NCBI GenBank assembly: GCA_963728915.1
Contig: CAVSLV010000001.1
Coordinates: forward strand, 544,001-608,000
DNA: 64,000 nt
Direction of reading: 5' to 3'
Source: an uncultured Gemmatimonadales bacterium
GTDB lineage: Bacteria; Gemmatimonadota; Gemmatimonadetes; Gemmatimonadales; GWC2-71-9
This document shows positions 59,552 to 64,000 of the stretch, in pieces; position 1 is the first letter of the stretch, and the number at the start of each line of letters is the position of its first letter. The notes under the pieces are model-generated. The model saw only the letters and a program-made list of their open reading frames with translations, made no database searches and was not told the origin of the DNA. Made by a program: the position numbers and the translations under genes.

Positions 59552-62500
59552 ACGGTCTCCTTGAGAGTGTAGCTCCGGCCGCGAATCGCGACCAGCAACG
59601 TGGGAACGAGGAACAGAGTGATCGGGGTGGAAAGCGCGAGCCCTCCAATGACCGCCAGGGCCAGCGGACGCTGCAACTCGCTTCCCGCGCCCAGTCCCAG
59701 GGCCAGCGGGAGGAGGCCGAACAGGGTGCAGAGCGTCGTCATCAGGATCGGCCGAAGCCGGATGCGAGCGGCTTCCAGCAGCGCCGGTTCGAGAGGCAGC
59801 CCTTCGGATCGCATCCGGAGCCTGGTGAAATCGAGCAGAATGATCCCGTTCTTCACGATGAGTCCCACCAGCAGGATCAACCCCATGAACGACGAGACGT
59901 TGAGGGCGGCCCCGGTCAGCAGCAGGAGAAGAAGGGCGCCGAAGAACGAAAGTGGCGCCGCGAGCAGGACGACCAGGGGCTCCACAAACGAGCGGAACTG
60001 AATCACCATCACCGCCACCACGCTCGCGGCAGCCAATCCCAGGACGAGGAGCAGCGCGCGGAAGGCCTGCTGCTGGCCGGCATATTGTCCGCCCAGCTCC
60101 ACCCGGATCCCCTCGGGCGGCGGGTTTTGGGCCAACACACTCCGGATGTCGCTCGTCACGCTGCCGAGCCCGCGCCCGGTCACGTCGGCGGTCATCATGA
60201 TCATCTGCTGCTGGTTCTCGCGCAGCAGCTCGGCGCGGGTTTCCAGAGGCGTGAAGGATGCAAGGGAACCGAGCGGAACCGAGCCGCCGGCATCGGCCAG
60301 CACCGGGAGTGATGCGAGCCGGAGCGGGTCGAAGCGTATCGAGTCGGGAGCGCGGACCCGCACCTCGATGGCACGGTCATCGAGGCGGATCTCCCCCGCC
60401 GGGGCGCCGAGCAGGGCTCCACTCACCGCCTGGGCGACCGCGTCGGGGGTCAGCCCGGCACGGTTGGCCTCCGGCTGGTTCACCCGCATCGCCATCTCGG
60501 CGGCCGGCTCGCTGATTCCATTGTAGAAATCTTCCAGACCGTCGACCTTTTCCATGCCCGGGGTCAGCCGTTCGGCATACCCCTCGAGGGCCACGAGGTC
60601 CGGTCCGAACAGCTTGACTTCGACGGGTCGCGACGCCCCGGCCAGGTCGTTGATGACGTCGGAAAGGATCTGGACGAACTCGATCCGCATTCGCGGCACC
60701 GCCGCTTGGACCTGGGTCCGGATGGTGTCCATGACTTCGAAGATCGAGCGGTCTCGCCGGCTCTGCGGCTTGAGTCGGACGACGATATCTCCCCGGTTCT
60801 GCTCGGTGGCGAAGAGACCCAGCTCGGCCCCGGTCCGCCGTGACGTCGCTTCCACCTCGGGGGTCCGGGCCATGATGCCCTCCGCGATGTGGAGCATCCG
60901 GTCGGTCTCGGAGAGGGCAGTGCCTCCTGGCGTCCAGTAATCGAACACGAAGGCGCCCTCATCCATTTCGGGGAGAAAGCCGGTTTCCACGGTTCGATAG
61001 GCGAGATAGCCACCGAGCACCAGCCCGAGCGCGGCGACCACCGCGAGGCGGGCATGGTGGAGGATCCGGTCGAGCGCCCGTCCGTAGCGATCTGCCAGCG
61101 CATCGACCGCACGCCCGATGCCGGCGAGCGGGCCTCGCTTTCCGCCGTCCTGCGCCTCCTCCTCTGCGTAGGCGGTGGTGAGGTAGCGGTCGGCGAGCAG
61201 CGGGATGATCGTGAGCGCGAGCAGCAGGGACACCAGGACCGCAATGGTGAGGGTGATCGAGAGCGCCTTGAAGAACTGGCCTACGACACCCTGGAGCAGA
61301 CCGAGAGGGAGAAAAACCACGACCGTCGTCAGGGTCGAGGTGGTGACCGGCCAGATCAGCTCCTGGACCGCTTCCCGGATCGCCGTGTGGCGCTCCGGGG
61401 TCAGATGGAGATGCCGGACGATGTTCTCGGTGATCACCACCGCGTCATCGATGACCAGTCCGATCGCGATCGCCATCGCGCCGAGGGTCATGAGGTTGAA
61501 GGTCTGCCCGAGCAGCGACATCACGAAGATCGTAATGATGAGGGTGAGGGGGATGGAGGTGGCGCTGATCGCGGTGATCCGCCCGTGGCGAAGAAACAGG
61601 AGCAGGACGACGACCGCGAGCGCCGCGCCGATCAGCATGGCGTCCCGCACCGAGCGCACCGCATCGCGGACCAGGAGGGCCTGGTCGTAGACCGGTTCGA
61701 GCCGGACGCCAGGGGGCAGCGTCAGGGCCCGGGCGACCCCGGCGATGCTGTCGGCGATCGCGAGGGAGCTGCCCCCGAGCTGGCGGGTGACGCTGATGGA
61801 AGCCACCGGCTTTCCGTTGCCCGCCACAATCCGGACGTGATCCTCGGTCCCCGGGATGACGGTGGCAATGTCCCGGACCCGTAACCCGCGCCCGATGACC
61901 ACCGCGCCGATGTCCTCCGGCGAGTGGGCCTCGGTCGCGGTGACGATGAGATACTGCTTGTAGTTCTGGGGCATCCGGCCGACCGCCGAGACGGCGGTGG
62001 CCTGGCGGATCGTGTCGGCCAGCCCGGCGTAGGTCATGCCCAGGGCGGCGAGCCGGGCCGGGTCTGCCACCACTTCCACTTCCCGCACATCGGTGCCCAT
62101 CACGTCGACCCGTCCCACCCCGGGCACCCGGGACAGGATCGGCTTGATCTGGTACCGCGCGATGTCGTACAGGGTGGCGGGATCACCGCCGGTCAGGTTG
62201 TAGGAGAGGATCGGGAAGAGCGAGGGTGCCATCCGCTCGACCTGGATGTCGAGTCCGGCCGGCAGATCGGGCTGGACCTGGTTGACCCGGGCACGGACCT
62301 GCTGCAGGGCGTCCACCATGTCGGTGGAGGAGGAGAAGTTGACGTTGATCTCGCTGCCGCCCCGCACCGAGCGGGAGGTGACCCGGATCACCCCGGGTAC
62401 GATGCTGATGGCTTCCTCGATGGGGCGCGTGATGCTGAAGAGCTGCTGGCGGGCCCCGAGCGAGGAGCCCTGCACCACGATGGTCACCCGGGCGAAGCGG

Positions 62501-62643
62501 AGTTCGGGGTAGATCGCCGACGGCAGCCGGAGCGCGGTGCCGATCCCGCCGACCGAGAGGAGCACGACGGCGAGGTAGATGAACCGGCGTTGCTGGGCGA
62601 GCGCCGCGAACAGCGAGCCCGGGCGGCGGGTCGGCTGGGCCAT
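59548..62643 (-). CDS. RND efflux permease (CusA/CzcA-like subgroup)
   Basis: LPSAIYP, ITRPIEEA, GLVIDDAVV..EN, GFLPEMDEG.F, VKNGIILLD, RLRPILMTT. Confidence 0.93.
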   Translation of the reverse strand: MAQPTRRPGSLFAALAQQRRFIYLAVVLLSVGGIGTALRLPSAIYPELRFARVTIVVQGSSLGARQQLFSITRPIEEAISIVPGVIRVTSRSVRGGSEINVNFSSSTDMVDALQQVRARVNQVQPDLPAGLDIQVERMAPSLFPILSYNLTGGDPATLYDIARYQIKPILSRVPGVGRVDVMGTDVREVEVVADPARLAALGMTYAGLADTIRQATAVSAVGRMPQNYKQYLIVTATEAHSPEDIGAVVIGRGLRVRDIATVIPGTEDHVRIVAGNGKPVASISVTRQLGGSSLAIADSIAGVARALTLPPGVRLEPVYDQALLVRDAVRSVRDAMLIGAALAVVVLLLFLRHGRITAISATSIPLTLIITIFVMSLLGQTFNLMTLGAMAIAIGLVIDDAVVITENIVRHLHLTPERHTAIREAVQELIWPVTTSTLTTVVVFLPLGLLQGVVGQFFKALSITLTIAVLVSLLLALTIIPLLADRYLTTAYAEEEAQDGGKRGPLAGIGRAVDALADRYGRALDRILHHARLAVVAALGLVLGGYLAYRTVETGFLPEMDEGAFVFDYWTPGGTALSETDRMLHIAEGIMARTPEVEATSRRTGAELGLFATEQNRGDIVVRLKPQSRRDRSIFEVMDTIRTQVQAAVPRMRIEFVQILSDVINDLAGASRPVEVKLFGPDLVALEGYAERLTPGMEKVDGLEDFYNGISEPAAEMAMRVNQPEANRAGLTPDAVAQAVSGALLGAPAGEIRLDDRAIEVRVRAPDSIRFDPLRLASLPVLADAGGSVPLGSLASFTPLETRAELLRENQQQMIMMTADVTGRGLGSVTSDIRSVLAQNPPPEGIRVELGGQYAGQQQAFRALLLVLGLAAASVVAVMVIQFRSFVEPLVVLLAAPLSFFGALLLLLLTGAALNVSSFMGLILLVGLIVKNGIILLDFTRLRMRSEGLPLEPALLEAARIRLRPILMTTLCTLFGLLPLALGLGAGSELQRPLALAVIGGLALSTPITLFLVPTLLVAIRGRSYTLKETV

Positions 62644-63744
62644 CTAGGGTTTCGGGGCCTTGGGGCCCGAGTCGGAGGCGGCGCCCGGAACGACCGTGGC
62701 GCTGTCCTCCACTCCGAAGGCACCGTGGGTCACGATCCGTTCACCAGCAGCGAGCCCTTTGGTCACCTCGACCATGCCGGCGTCCCGTCCTCCAATGGTG
62801 ATGGGACGGGCATGGGCCACGTTCCGGGCGTCGATCACGAAGACCTTGAAGCTCTCTCCCTCGGGCACCAGGGCTGCTTCGGGAACCAGGAGTGCTTCCG
62901 CCCGGTCGGCCACCGTGATCCCGACCGGAAGATTCTCCCCGATGCGCAACGGGCGCTGGGACCGGATGGCGCGGGCGCGCACCGGAACGCTGCGGGTTAA
63001 CGAATCCAGCGCGGCCCCCACGTCCACCACCCGCCCGGTCCCGAGTGGCTCGTCGCCTCCCCCTTCGGGCTCGAGCCTGACCAGAGCGCCGGGACGGATC
63101 CGGGCCGCTTCGAGGGGAGAGACCGAGATCTGGAGATCGAGCGCGCCGGGGTCGGCCACCTCGACCAGGGGCTGGTTGGCATCCACCGACGCGCCCAGGA
63201 CCGCGCTCATCTTCGTCACGACGCCATTGAGCGGTGACTCCATCGTGGCAAGCTCGGCCTCGCGACGGGACGCGACCGCTTCGGCGCGGGCCCGGGCCAG
63301 GTCGGCTTCGGCCTGATCGAGCTCGCGCCGGGCCAGGATCCCCTGGTCCACCAGCCGCTGGATTCGCTCCCGATTCCGCTCGGCGGTCTGGAGCGTGGTC
63401 TCGGCGCTCTGGGCCCGGGCCTGGAACGGCGCGGTCTCGAAGACCACCAGGACCTGTCCCTTCCGTACTCGCTGCCCGACCGCCGCGCTGACCCGCGTCA
63501 CCCGGGTGGCGGCCGGGGCACTGAGCAGAGCCACCGCCCCCGGCCGCGGCACCACGGTCCCGATCGCGTGGACCCGTTCGGTGAACGGGCCGGCCGTCAC
63601 CGGCACGATGGTCACGCCCTCGATCCGGGGAGTCTCGGGCGGGGCCTCGTCGGACGAGCCGCCGCCGCAACCCGTGCCTAACCCGGCGATCAGGGCCGCG
63701 AGCGCCGGCCGCCAGGGGAGCGAAGCCCGAAACGATCGGCTCAT
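62644..63744 (-). CDS. RND efflux periplasmic adaptor subunit
   Basis: Lipoprotein-like signal; lipoyl half-motifs (GQRVRKGQVL, SPLNGVV); LLVPEAALV; GL.AGERIV. Confidence 0.92.
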   Translation of the reverse strand: MSRSFRASLPWRPALAALIAGLGTGCGGGSSDEAPPETPRIEGVTIVPVTAGPFTERVHAIGTVVPRPGAVALLSAPAATRVTRVSAAVGQRVRKGQVLVVFETAPFQARAQSAETTLQTAERNRERIQRLVDQGILARRELDQAEADLARARAEAVASRREAELATMESPLNGVVTKMSAVLGASVDANQPLVEVADPGALDLQISVSPLEAARIRPGALVRLEPEGGGDEPLGTGRVVDVGAALDSLTRSVPVRARAIRSQRPLRIGENLPVGITVADRAEALLVPEAALVPEGESFKVFVIDARNVAHARPITIGGRDAGMVEVTKGLAAGERIVTHGAFGVEDSATVVPGAASDSGPKAPKP

Positions 63745-64000
63745 GGGATCTCCGTGGTCGCCGAGAGGGTGACCAGCCGCACCACCGCGATCGCGGTCCA
63801 GGCCGCGGCAAGGTCGTCGAGATAGCCCGCCAGCACTTCGCGCGCGTTGCGCTGGGCTTCCAGCACGTTGGCGAGCGGAGCGGCCCCTTCGCGGTAGGCG
63901 ATCAGCGACAGATTGGCGACCCGGTTGGCGCTCGCGACCAGCCCTTGATCGCGGTTCACCCGCGCCAGGGCCAGGTCGCGATCGCGGAGGGCCCGGGCAA
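63741..64000 (-). CDS. TolC family outer membrane efflux protein, C-terminal fragment
   Basis: AYREGAAPLANVLEAQR is the OEP repeat motif; ATGA overlap with the adaptor; continues beyond the window. Confidence 0.82.
   Translation of the reverse strand, partial: ARALRDRDLALARVNRDQGLVASANRVANLSLIAYREGAAPLANVLEAQRNAREVLAGYLDDLAAAWTAIAVVRLVTLSATTEIP

Noticed and set aside
1..64000. Mobile elements, prophage, defence systems, tRNA/rRNA
   Set aside because: No transposase, integrase, phage, nuclease or RT motifs were seen, and no intergenic gap shows tRNA or rRNA features.

Overview
This is a high-GC, gene-dense bacterial chromosomal window with about 45 CDS. I see no rRNA, tRNA, CRISPR array or mobile element. 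The gene repertoire suggests Gemmatimonadota or Acidobacteriota (inference): three ADOP orphan MacB/FtsX permeases, one with PadR; a Ser/Thr kinase with TolB-like modules; VPS10/BNR and PD40 propellers; and many exported peptidases. Left to right it holds: the edge of a glycan-modification locus (sugar C-methyltransferase, GNAT, ACP); a DUF305 + LVIVD-propeller pair; a GGDEF-EAL sensor; a peptidase cluster (S9, S33, M16 pair, OmpA-like); a kinase + lipoprotein beta-propeller pair; an MMPL exporter; a lipoprotein truncated hemoglobin + FAD reductase unit; DMT, MATE and a ferritin-like protein; ATL; a PadR-ADOP unit with a perfect operator palindrome over its promoter; M28 and M20 peptidases; a hybrid histidine kinase; an OFA-family MFS; and two RND efflux operons. 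Seven genes are split by single-base frameshifts, most likely long-read consensus errors. The best candidates for uncharacterised systems are the DUF305-LVIVD pair, the split-TolB kinase/lipoprotein pair, the exported globin/reductase unit and the PadR-ADOP circuit. All four are hypotheses; no database search was run.
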